A DNA stretch of 64,000 nucleotides from Hemiscyllium ocellatum (lineage: Eukaryota). The notes below the pieces were generated by a model. It was not told the origin of the DNA, did not search any database, and worked only from the letters and a program-made list of their open reading frames with translations. This document shows positions 36,700 to 47,699 of this stretch, piece by piece (the first letter of the stretch is position 1; every line of letters starts with the position of its first letter). The stretch lies in the NCBI RefSeq assembly GCF_020745735.1, contig NC_083409.1:18868341-18932340 (forward strand), read 5' to 3'. Both the position numbers and the translations under genes were made by a program.

Positions 36700-39680
36700 A
36701 ATTTTTGAATATTAAAGGAACCATAAAAGTACAGGGAAAACGAACAATAGAACAAACTTAAAGGGTTTGTATCTAAATGCACGAATCATTCTGAGTAAGG
36801 CAGACAAAGTGATGCCATAAATCGAGGTAAATTGAGTTTCCAAGGAATTTAAACTAGTTAAAGTGGAGGAGGGCTCAAGAGAGGCTATTCGGTTTCCAGA
36901 AGGCATACCAGGAGAGAGAGTACAGAAAGGAACAAGAGTCGAGCATCAAGCACAGCAGATAAGAGGATAATGATGAGAAAGAGAGCAGTCAATGCAGGAC
37001 TGAAGGTGTTGTACTTAAAAGCACACAGTATACGCAATGAGCTGGTAGTGCAGATTGAAACTGGCAGGTACGATGTTGTGGGTATCACAGAGACATGGCT
37101 GTAAGGGGATCCGGGCTGGGAACTAAATATCCAAGGATATATGTCCCATCAAAAGAACAGGCAGATGGACAGAGGGGGAAGAGTTGCCTTGTTAGTACGA
37201 TATTAAATTAAATCAAAGCAAGAAGTGAGATAGAGTCAAAAGGTGTAGAATGTGTGTGGGTAGAGTTGAGGAACCGCAAGAAATAAAGAATATGATGCAA
37301 GTTATGTCCAGATCTCCAAGCAGTAATCAGGGTGTGGAGAAGGAAATCAATCAGGAGACAGAAAAGCCGTATACAAAATGTCAGGGCAGACCTCAATGGA
37401 TAGGTGGACTGGGTAGCACGTCTCAAGAAAAGGTTTTCATGGATGTCTACAAGATCGTTTTTGGAGCAGCTTGCGGTTGAGCCATTATGGAACAGGCAGT
37501 TCTGGATTCAGTGATGTGGAATGAGGCAAACTTGATTAATGAGCTGAAGGTGAAAGTATCCTTCTGGAAAAATGATCATAATATGATAGAATTCCCCCTG
37601 TAGTTTGAGAGGGAGAAGCTGCAATCAGATGGATCTGTATTTCAGTTGAGTAAAGGGAACAACAAAGGCATGAGGAAGGAGTTGACCAGAGTTGGTTGGA
37701 AGGGGAGCCAAGCAGGTAAGATGGTGGGGCAGCAAACAGCAGGGTTTCTGGGCATAATTCAGGAAGCAGAGAAGGAATTCATCCCAAAAAAGAAGAAACA
37801 TACTAAGGGGAGGACAAGGCAACCATGGCTGGTGAGGGAAGTCACGGACAGCATAAAAGCAAAAGAAAAAAAATGCACAATGTGGTAGAGAAAAGTGGGA
37901 AGCCAGAGGGTTAGGAAGCCTTTGAAAACCTGGAGAGGATAAATAAAAAAGCATTAAAGGTGGAGAAGGGGAAATGTGGGGGTAAGTTGGCCGGTAATAC
38001 AAAAGAAGATTGCACGAGTTTTATCAGATGTATAAAATGGAAGAGGAAGGCAAAAATAGACATTGGAAAATGAGGCTGGAGAAAGTATTCTAGGAAGTGA
38101 AGAAATAGCAGAGGAATTGAATCGAAGCTGAAAGGTTGAATGTGGATAACTCACCCAGACTAGATGAACAACATGAGTGTGTTCTGAAGGAGATCACTGA
38201 GTAAATTATGGAGGTATTGAAGAAGATCTTTCAGGAATCAATGGAGTCAGGGTATGACAGTGTGGTGGGCAGGGATCTGATGGGGGCAAGGGACTGGAAA
38301 GTGGCTCACATAACAGCCCTGTTTAAGAAGGGAGGGAGGAGGGAGAAGATGGGAAATTATAGGCCAGTTAGCCTGGACTCAGTTGTTGGTAAGGTTTTAG
38401 ACTTCAATTTAAGGATGAAATTGCAGAGGACTTGGAGGTGCAATTGTAAACTAGGGCTGAGTCAACATGGCTTCATCAAGGGGAGGTCATGCCTGGCAAA
38501 TCTGTTAGAATTCTTTGAGGAGGCAATGAGCCAGTCAGACAAAGGAGAGTCAAAGGAAGTAATCTATTTGGATTTCTAGAAGGCCTTTGACATTAGATAA
38601 GAGCATACAGTGTGAGGGCCGAGGCACTGGCATGGACTAAGGACTGGCAGGTTGGCATAAAGCAGAGAGTGAGGAAAAATGGCCGTTGATGACTGGTAGA
38701 GTCCTGTAGGGGTCAATGTTAGGACCTTAACTATTCACATTATACATTAACAATCTGGATGGAGGAAGTGAAGACATTGTTGCTAAGTTTGCAGATGACA
38801 TGAGATAGGTGGAGGGATAGGTAGTGTTGAGGAAGTGGGAAGGCTGTAAAAGCTCCTGGATAGGCTCGGAGAGTGGGCAAAAAAGTGGCAGATAGAATAC
38901 AATGTGTAACAGTGTGAGGGTGTGTACTTTGGGAGGAAGAAGAGATGCAAAGACTGTTTGCTAAATAAGGAAAGCCTTTGGAAATCTAAAGCACAAACGT
39001 CATTCAGGTTTCCCTTCAGGTTAACAGGCAGGTCCAGTTTGTGCTTGGGAAGGCAAATGAAATGATAGCATTCATTTCAATAGGGCCAGAATACAAGAGC
39101 AGAGATGTACTGCTGAGGCTGTGTAAGGCGCTGGTCAGACTGCATTTGGAATATTGTGGACAAATTTCGGACCCATATTCTAAGAAACCATGGGCTGGCA
39201 TTGGAGGGGTTTACAACAATAATCCAGGCGATGAAGGACTTATCATATCAGGCGTGCTCGGGGACTCTGGGTCTGTACTCGCTGGAGTTTAGAAGGATGA
39301 GGAGGGATCTTATTGAAATTTACAGAATACTGATCGGCCTGGGTAGAGTGGATGTGAAAAAGATGTTTCCAAAAACAGGAGAGACTCGGTAACTAAGGCA
39401 CAGCCTCAGAATGAAGGGGCAACCCTTTCGAGCTGAGATGAGGAGGAATTTCTTCAGCCAGAGGGTGGTGAATCTGTGAAACTCATTGATACAGAGGACA
39501 GTGGAGGCCAAGCCACTGAGTGTATTTAAGACAGAGATAGATAGGTTCGTGAGAGTTAAGGGGATCGAACATTCCTGTGGAGTAGGCAGGAGAATGGGGT
39601 TGAGAAGCATATCTGCCAAGATCAAATGGCAGAGCAGATTCCATGGGCTGAATGGCTGATTTCTGCTCCTATTTCTTAAA
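36700..39680 (+). mobile_element. Decayed CR1 ORF2 (APE endonuclease + RT + 3' tail)
   Basis: LYLNARS-like and GITETW-like endonuclease motifs, NYRPVSL, QHGFIKGRSCLANLLEFFE; many stops. Confidence 0.9.
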
Positions 39681-39829
39681 GACTTCTGGAGAGTTTCCCC
39701 AAAACCCTGGAACACTGAACCCACTGGACTGTGAGCCCTGCTGGAGCTGTTTGTCATCAGAACTTTGCCAAGAGATGACCAAAGGGTGAAGAGAGTGTGC
39801 ATTTAGGTGGGAACTTCAGAATGCTTCCT

Positions 39830-42170
39830 AGCTCCTGGAATACCATGAGTGCAGGAAGTGTGGTCAGTGACAGCAGTTGGAACTCCGGGTTCCGGAGGTT
39901 GACCAGTAGTTGGTGTCAGTGCGGAGCGTCCGTGAGGCTGAGAGCTCTATGGAGAACATGTTTCTAGACGTGGTCACTCTGCAGTTTCAGAGTATGCAGG
40001 GAGAGAGGGAATGGGGGAGCAGTAGACAGTCCAAAAGGACCAGGCAGGTAGTAGAGGAATCCCCTGAGTGCATCACACTCTCCAACTGGGATTCAGTTCA
40101 GAATCCTGATGAGAATGATGATTCATCTCTGATGTGCAGCCAGAGCCAAGTCCCTGGCACCAAGGTGGAGGGTTCCGCTGTACGGGGGGCACAAGGAAGA
40201 AGGATAGTGAGAGGAGATTCGAGAGTGAGGGCAATCGATAGGTGTTTCTGCAGTTATAGATGGGAATCCAGGATGGTGTGTTGTCTCTCTGGTGCCAGGG
40301 TCAAGGATGTCTCTGAGCGGCTGCAGAGCACCCTGAGGGGAGAGGGGGAACAGTCAACAGCCATGGTCCACATCAGTGCCAGTGACAGAGGGAGGAAAGG
40401 GATGTGGTCCTGCAGTCAGAATTTAGGCGGCTCTGGAGGGAATGAGCACTGGGAGCTCAAAAGTTGGAATCTCCGGATTGCTCCCAGTGCCCCACCCAAG
40501 TGAGAATAGGAACAGGAGGATAACACAGGTGAATGTGAAGCTGGAAAGGGGATCCAGGTTGGAGGACTTTAGATTCTTGGGACATTGAGACTGGGTCTGG
40601 GGGAGATGGGACCTGGACAGACCAGACAGTGTTGTTCCTGAACCGAGCTGGGACTGAGTTCCTTTGGGGTGATTTACTAGTGCTGTTGGCGAGGGTTTAA
40701 ACTAACTTGGCAGGGCTGTGGGAGCCAGGAGGGAATAACAGAGAGGAACACAAAGGACCACAGAATCCTCACTGCAGTCAATAAGTCACCACCCAATGGG
40801 AAGGATGCAGAGGAATACAAATGCAAGGAATTTGCAGATACCTGCAAATGCGATAGAGTCATTATAAATGGCTCTTTAATTTTTGAATATAGACTAGGGT
40901 AGTAGCAGTGTAACAGGCAGGAGGGGAGAGAATTGTGAGAGTATGTTCAGATAAATTTTCAGGTGGCATTGTGGCCAGTGAAGAAGGCTGTCTAAGAGTA
41001 CAATGGGATCTTGACCAACTGGGCCAGTGGGCTGAGGAATAGCAGATGGGGTTTAATTCAATAAATGTGAGTGCTGTACTTTGCAAAGCCAAACCAGGGC
41101 AGGACTTTTACGGTTAATGGTAGGGACCCGTGGAGTGTTGCTCAACAAAGCAACATGGGGGGCATGGTGGCACAGTGGTTAGCACTGCTGCCTCACAGTG
41201 CCTGAGACCCGGATTCAATTCCCGACTCAGGCGACTGACTGTGTGGAGTTTGCACATTCTCCCCGAGTCTGCGTGGGTTTCCTTCGGGTGCTCCGGTTTC
41301 CTCCCACAGTCCAAAGATGTGTGGGTCAGGTGAATTGGCCATGCTAAATTGCCCGTAGTGTTAGATAAGGGGCAAATGTAGGGTATGGGTGGGTTGTGTT
41401 TCAGCGGGTCGGTGTGGACTTGTTGGGCAGAAGGGCCTGTTTCCACTCTATAAGTAATCTAATCTAAAGAGACCGAGGGGTGAAGGTGCAGGTGCAGGTG
41501 CATTATTCCTTGACAGTGGAGTCACAGGTAGACAGGGAGATGAAGAAGGTGTTGGGTATGCTTACTTTTATTGGTCACTGCATTGAGTATAGGAGTTGGG
41601 ACATCATGTTGCAGCTGTACAGCAGCTGGTGAGGCCACTTTGGGAAAAATGTGAACAATTCTGATCATCCTGAGATAGGAAGGATGTTGTTAAACTTAAA
41701 AGGCAGCAGAAAAGATTTACAAGGAAGTTGCCAGGAATTGGAGGGTTTCAGCTGTCGGGAGAGGCTGAAGAAATGGGCCTATTTTCCCTGCAGCGTCTAA
41801 GGCCTCGGGGTGACCTTGTGGATGTGCTGAAAATCATGAAGGGCATGGACAGGGTGTATATCCAAGGTCTTTTCCTTGGTAAGGGGAGTCCAAAACAAGA
41901 GGGCATAGGTTTAAGGTGAGAGGCAAAAGATTCAAAAGGGACCCGAGCAGTAACTTGTCACACAGAGGGTGGTGTGTGTCTGGATCGAGCTGCTAGAGAA
42001 AGCGTTGGAGGCGGATAAAATTACAACATTTAAAACACATTGGGATGGGAACATGGATAGGAAGGGTTTAGAGGGATGTAAGCCAAATGCTGGCAAATGG
42101 GATGAGGTCATTTAGGATATCTGGTTAACACGGGCAAGTTGGATTGAAATGTCTGTTTTCACGCTGTATG
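39830..42170 (+). mobile_element. Internally deleted CR1: ORF1 esterase (SGNH-like) region joined to the RT 3' end
   Basis: ORF 39910..40503 GDSRVRAIDRCFC..SRMVCCLSGARVKDVSERL..GEGEQ; RT 3' peptides after about 40900. Confidence 0.88.
41157..41466 (+). mobile_element. Full-length HE1 SINE nested in the CR1
   Basis: Complete head, core and (AATCT)n tail; splits the CR1 sequence aacaaag|agacc. Confidence 0.92.
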
Positions 42171-43224
42171 ACTCCATGATGATGAGCAGCTGGAAAAGCT
42201 GAGACTTTTTTCCCTCAAGTGTAAGAGTCTGAGGAGTGACAACATAGAGGATTATAAAACCATGAGGGACATAGATAATGTGAATCATACAGGAAGCAGG
42301 TGACATTTTGTAGAAATGGCAAAAAATATTCCTGAAGATCATTCCAGGGATGAGGAACATCAGTTATTAAGATAGTTCGGAGAATTTGGGACTGTCTTCT
42401 TTGGAGAAGGCTGAGAGGAGATTTGTTCGAGGAATTAAAACCATGAGGGGCCTGGATACAGTAAATAGGGAGAAAATGTTCCCAATTGAGAAAGGATTGA
42501 GACTGAGAGACCACAGATTGAAAGTAATTGGGAAAAGTAACAAAAGTGAGATGGGGAACAACATGTTCAGCCAGTGAGTGGTTAAGGTGTGGAATGCGCT
42601 GCCTGAGAGTGTGGTGGAGGCAGCTTCAATTAAAACATTCCGAAGGGAATGAGACTGATATTTGAAAAGGAACAATGTGCAGGGTGACAGGGAGAAGGCA
42701 GAAGAATGACACTCAGTGAATTGCTCATTCGGATGAGGGATGGGCAGGCAGGATGGGCAGAATGGCCTCCTTGTGCACTGTAACAATTCTGTGATTGTGT
42801 GGTTGAGCAGAGTTAAAGCTGGGGGAGGTGGGAGCTCGGTGTCTCACTGTGCTGCTGCTGCTGAGGTCAGTGAGATCAGAGACTGGGACAGGGAGCCAGA
42901 GCTCACATCAAACTCTGCCCCGTGTCCGTCACACTGAGACTGGCAGGAGGCTACTCACTGATTTCACTCCATGCTGCAGGAATGGGACCACAGGCTGCAA
43001 ATGGACAGAGCTCCTCCACACGGTGAGTAAAACTTACTGACTTATATCTTGCTTTTTAACGGGGTTATAGGACTAACGAAATACAGGTGTACACCGTATG
43101 GGACGCGGTGTTCCTCAATCAAACATTTCCTTCACTGCAACACTTCAACAATTCAGTATTTGTGTTTTATAAATTGTGTTTCAGTATTGACAGGTTTAAT
43201 AACGGAGGATTGAGGTTTACTTAC

Positions 43225-43259
43225 TCAGCCTGAGCTTGGTTCCTTCACCGAACGTCTGC
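43225..43259 (-). other. IGKJ: Ig kappa J segment (QTFGEGTKLRL)
   Basis: FGxG motif; A|GTAAGT donor at 43224, in phase with the C exon (A+GC = Ser). Confidence 0.92.
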
Positions 43260-43268
43260 ACAAAAACC
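43260..43268 (-). promoter_or_regulatory. Orphan RSS nonamer (GGTTTTTGT) abutting J; heptamer and 23-bp spacer absent
   Basis: Minus strand reads GGTTTTTGT-G-CAGACGTTCGGT directly. Confidence 0.88.
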
Positions 43269-43662
43269 TCTACTCTCTGTTTCCCTCCACCACTCTCAAC
43301 CGCTCCCTGTCTCTCTCTCTGTCTCTTACTCAGTCTCACCCTCTCCCTGCCCTCCCTCTGTCTCTCTTGGGCGTGTCCAGCTGGGCTTGTGCAGTTTGTG
43401 AACTTTATTTTTCGATGTTAAATCTTGCAGCTGCTCTTCACGTGTGGCCATGGAATGCAAGAGGGAAACTTGAGGCCTTCAGTGAGCGGTGGACACCACA
43501 GGGACTGGAGTGTGTCATGTACAGTGACAATCCCGGTATGGGGTAATTTGTTCAATTTCATTTACATATAACTGTGGATGTGTCAGTGCAGGAGGTGGAA
43601 CTGTGTGTATGTCACAAAAATGTGGAATGTGTTAGTACAGGTGGTGGTGCTGTGCACGCTGA

Positions 43663-43690
43663 GATTTTTGTATGGCTCCGTATCACTGTG
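43663..43690 (-). promoter_or_regulatory. V recombination signal sequence, 12-bp spacer (CACAGTG-12-ACAAAAATC)
   Basis: Consensus heptamer 43690-43684, spacer 43683-43672, nonamer 43671-43663; a 12-RSS on V is the kappa configuration. Confidence 0.95.
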
Positions 43691-43987
43691 AAGGCCAGCT
43701 GTAATGCTGCTGACAGTCATAGTCAACAACATCCTCATTCTGAACGTTGCTGATTGTCAGGGTGAAACTGGTCCCTGATCCACTGCCGGTGAATCGATCG
43801 GAGACTCCTGTGAATCGAGTTGTTGCAGCATAGATCAGGAGAGAGGGTTTGTGACCTTCTCGCTGCTGGTACCAAGCAAGGTAGCTGCTAATGCTTTGAC
43901 TGGCCGTACAGGTGAGTGTTGCAGTCTGGCCCAGTCCCACTGACAGCACCGGGGGAGACTGGGTCATGATGATGTCCCCACTGATAC
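43691..43987 (-). CDS. IGKV: Ig kappa (NS4-like) variable exon, unrearranged
   Basis: cctcag acceptor; (G)[71 protein letters not shown]; C23, W35 and C88 present. Confidence 0.97.
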
Positions 43988-44173
43988 CTGAGGGGTCAGA
44001 GAGAAACACAGTAAAGTCAGAACTGTCACAGAAAGAGCCGGTCAAATGAGAGATTGTTGGAGACACTGAGCATTCCTCTGGTTTCAGCATTTTCCCTTCA
44101 ATCACAAGTCAGTGGAATTGGAGTGAAATGGAGAGCAGCTAAAGATTCAAGGTGGAAGGAGAGAGATTTGTAC

Positions 44174-44222
44174 CTGCGACACAGAATGCCAGGGGCCAGA
44201 TCAGCTGGATGTGTGAAATCAT
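44174..44222 (-). CDS. IGKV: Ig kappa leader exon (MISHIQLIWPLAFCVA)
   Basis: ATG at 44222, hydrophobic peptide, G|gtac donor in phase 1 matching the V exon; resembles the recalled nurse shark NS4 leader. Confidence 0.93.
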
Positions 44223-44282
44223 GGTGTGTGCTCCTGTCCCTGTGCCTGGTTCCTAATAAACTCTCCCTTCACTGGGCTCTGC

Positions 44283-44362
44283 TTTATAAAGCTGCAGCCT
44301 GTGAGAGTCTGACTGGGTGTTCCTCAGTATGTAAATGGCATCAGGCAGAGAGAGCCACGTCA
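44283..44362 (-). promoter_or_regulatory. Ig V promoter: TATAAA (44288-44283), variant octamer ATTTACAT (44336-44329), CRE-like TGACGTGG (44362-44355)
   Basis: Motif order and distance (about 60-140 nt upstream of the ATG) typical of light-chain promoters; the octamer differs by one base from ATTTGCAT. Confidence 0.6.
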
Positions 44363-45359
44363 GCCCCTCACACTTCCTCTTCTGTCTCTCTCTGTCTCCC
44401 CATTCTCCCTCTCTCTCTCTGTCTGTCTATCCTAGAGAGACATTGATGTGAACTGCGCTGAATTAGACCATTTGTCCCATTGTGTCTGTGCTGGACAACA
44501 AAGACCCTGACAATCTAATCCCATTTTCCCGCTCTTGGTCCATAGGCCTGGAAGCTACAGCAACACAAATGTACATCTAAACACTGCTCCAATGTCACGA
44601 GAGTTTGTGACTCAAACAGCCTTTCAGGCAGTGAGTTCCAGACTCCCACCACCCTCTGGGTGAAAACATTTCTCCTCAACTCACCTCTCACTCTCTAAGT
44701 CGACTGGGCCTGAACTCACTTGAGTTCAGTAGGATAAGAGAGGATCAGATTGAAATGTATAAATTTCTAACAGGGCTGGGCAGGGAGGAGGTTTCCCCTG
44801 GTTGGGAATTCTGGAACCAGGGGACCCAGTCTTGGGGGATACAAAGTTGACCATTTAGGACTGAGATGAGGAAACATTTCTTCACTCAGAGGCTAGTCAA
44901 CCTGTTGAACTCTGTACCTACGATCCTGACAGCTATGGAGGAGAGAGAATTGAATATGTTCAAGATTATTGTTCTGCCTTTTCACAGCATGAATGGAATG
45001 GGGAGAAAGCAGGAATATGGCTTTGAGATGGAGGATCAGCCATGATCATACTGAATGACAGAGCAGAGTCAAAGGGCTGAGTGGGCTACTCTTGTTTCTG
45101 TGTTTCTGTTACCCTCAGTTTCTGACCCTAGTTTCTGACACCTTTATCCATGTAAAAAGTGCCTTCCTGTCGAATTTATCTGTGCCCCTCATAATCTTAC
45201 AGTCCTCTGTCAGGTTTCCTCTCAACTTTCACTGCTCCAAGGAAAACAACCCCAGTCTTTCCAATCTTTCCTCATCACTCAGACCCTACAGCCCAGGCAG
45301 CATCCTGGGAAATCTCTGCACCCTTCCGAGTACAACCACTTCCTTCCCACAATGTGGTG

Positions 45360-45644
45360 ACCAGATCCTGTCTCTCTCTCTTTATCACTTTCTCTCTTTA
45401 TCACTCCCATTCTGTCTCACATCTGCCAACTCTTTCTCTCTATCTCTCTCTTTGGCACTCCTAATCTCTCCCATTCTCTCTCTCTCGCACTCTGTCCCAT
45501 CATCACTCTCTGCAACTCACTCACACTTTCTCACTCTGTCTCATAATCTCTATTTCTCCATCTCTCACTGTTTCCCTCACTTCCTCCCTTTCTTGTTTCT
45601 TATCTATTCTTTCTTCTTTCTCCATCCTTCCTCTCCACCTATCT

Positions 45645-45682
<38 letters not shown>

Positions 45683-45860
45683 CCCCTTAGTCACACTATC
45701 TCACACCCTATTTCTTTCCCCATTTCCCTCAACCTCACCATCTCTACTTCCATCTGCATCTCTCTCGCTCCCTGTACACATCTCACACTATCGCAGACAC
45801 ACCTCCCTCTCTCTCACACACACATGCTCTCCCTCCAACTCTCATTCTGTATCTCTTCCC
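45360..45860. repeat. CT-rich low-complexity/microsatellite tract
   Basis: Direct inspection; source of spurious ORF 45092..45889. Confidence 0.85.
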
Positions 45861-45899
45861 TCTCTTTCCCACAGTATCCCAAGTGGTGACAGTTAATTG

Positions 45900-46245
45900 C
45901 AGGTCAAATCTCCCTCTGCTCTGGCCCACTAATGGATGTTTGACTGGGACAGCACTACTATTATAGGACAAGCCAAACAGAGAACAGCCAGGGAATTCCT
46001 AGAGGCATGGCACTCATCCACAGATTCAATCAATAAGCACATCGACCTGGACCCAATATACCAGCCACTGCAGTGGACAGCTGGAACTGACAACCGGAAG
46101 CAGCAGAGACAAATCACTATAAATGCCGGAGGAAAGATCACAGAAGCGCTTCACAGGAGGCTCCCAAGCACTGAGGGTGTCACTTAGACAGGGGACGAAA
46201 CGTCTGCAACACAAATTCCCAGGTCGGCGAACAGAACCACAACAG
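45900..46245 (+). mobile_element. Penelope-like element 3' fragment (C-terminus of GIY-YIG endonuclease + terminal repeat)
   Basis: FDWDSTTIIGQAKQRTAREFLEAWHS...INKHIDLDPIYQPL is typical of Penelope endonuclease C-termini. Confidence 0.8.
46168..46207 (+). ncRNA. Hammerhead ribozyme-like motif in the Penelope terminal repeat (A9 replaced by G)
   Basis: GCA-CUGAGGG-U-GUC(ACUUAGACAGGG)GAC-GAAAC-GUC-UGC. Confidence 0.5.
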
Positions 46246-46659
46246 TGGATATTAACTCTTAACCTCAGAAGCATGTCTTCTCCTGAAGTAAGGCCCCATT
46301 TCCCACATTGACCAGGCATTAGCCTGTCTCAAGATGATGGACAGATTCTTGTTAAACGAAGACAGTTCTGTGCTGTTGGCCTATTCTCATTGGGGACTGG
46401 TTTGGACACTCATTCCATGAAGGCCCAGCAGAGAGAGGAGATCCTCAGGCCATCAGTGTGAGCCAGGGGGACAGGACAGGCTCTGACCCACTGACCCATC
46501 CTGTCCATTCACAACATGTTCCAATCCCTTCCCCTCTCCTTCCCCTTCCACAGTCAGGCTCTGAGTCAAGGTGTTTTACTGGGATGAGGTCAGGGCCATC
46601 ACACAATTACACCAGAAAGGAACTGAACCCCACACCCACCATGATATCCATGACCCACT

Positions 46660-47000
46660 GGGACTCTCCAATGGAGACCAGTAAACATAGGCCTCCTTCC
46701 CAATGGATGTCCAGCAGAGACCAGTATATATGGATCTCCATACCATTGGATCATCCAATACATATCAGTAAACATGGACCTCCATTACACTGGGCCTTTC
46801 AATAGACACCAGTAATCACAGGCCCACAGCCCACTGGATGCTCCAATAGACTCCAGTAAACATGGGTCACCATCTCACAAGATACTTCAGTTGAGGCCAG
46901 TAAACTAGGGCCTTCTTTCCCCTGAACTTTACAATAGAGACCAGTAGGCATGCATCCTGTTCCCACTGATCCTCCAATAGAGACCAGTCAACATGGGCTT
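46660..47000. repeat. Degenerate tandem repeat (CCAATAGAGACCAGTAAACATGGG-like core, about 8 units)
   Basis: Core recurs at roughly 40-50 nt spacing. Confidence 0.65.
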
Positions 47001-47699
47001 CCATGCCACTGCACCCTTCAGTATCTGAGCTTCAAACCGCACATCCTCTCCATCACGTGGGCCTCTTTTCTATCTCCACAACATTGTCTCTCTGCACTAC
47101 GTCAGCCCCTTGACCACAGAAACCCTTATTCCTGTTCATCCCACCTCCTAACTCCATAATCCTGATGTCCTCTCCCACCTTCCTTCCACCCGCTCCATAA
47201 AGCCCAACTGTCTGAAATGGAGTGGTCCCTTCCCTGTCTCACACCAAGGAGGAGCTGAACAGATATTTAATGAGTAATGGGTTAAAGGATGATGGAGAGT
47301 GAGCAGGAAAGTGGAGTTGAGTCTGAGATGGGATCAGCCATGATTGTATTAAATGGTGGAGTGGGCTTGAGGGGCTGAATTGCCTGCTCCTGCTCCTAGT
47401 TCTTATGTTCCTCCACCCTCTCCCCCATCCCTCTTACTGCAACTTTGTGAACCATCTTGGAATGTTTTGGATATTGAAGGTGCGATGTGAATTCAACATT
47501 TGTGTTGAATTAATGTGGGGACAGAATTGTCCAGAGGCTGTGAAAGCTCCTGTAGTTGAATATCCTGCTGGCAGGCTTCAGCCTTCCACATACAGAATGG
47601 GAAAGTCAGGGAGGTCAGAATGTGATGTTGGGATCCTTGGCACTGTCCCCCAGCAATGTGGTTGACTCTCTATTGCCCTGTGAAATGGCCCAGCAAGGC

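Noticed and set aside
39910-40503. 197-aa ORF with an esterase-like GDS motif as a possible domesticated gene
   Set aside because: It is CR1 ORF1 with damaged motifs (no intact GTND block) within an internally deleted element
32101-43224. Search for additional J segments or a second V
   Set aside because: No further FGxG segment with an RSS or second V exon was seen; a single V-J-C cluster is the normal shark organisation
43497-43535. Cryptic 23-RSS (CACAGGG-23-ACAATCCCG) between V and J in the orientation that could pair with the V RSS
   Set aside because: Nonamer matches only 5/9 and no J-like coding sequence or splice donor is adjacent; similar sites occur by chance
43614-43622. Extra nonamer-like ACAAAAATG near the V RSS
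   Set aside because: No CAC heptamer at 12 or 23 nt spacing
45092-45889. Longest ORF in the track (265 aa, Leu/Ser-rich)
   Set aside because: Read-through of a minus-strand CR1 fragment and a CT microsatellite tract; stop-poor by composition
46660-47000. Repeat-spacer look-alike (CRISPR)
   Set aside because: Vertebrate DNA, degenerate units, no cas genes
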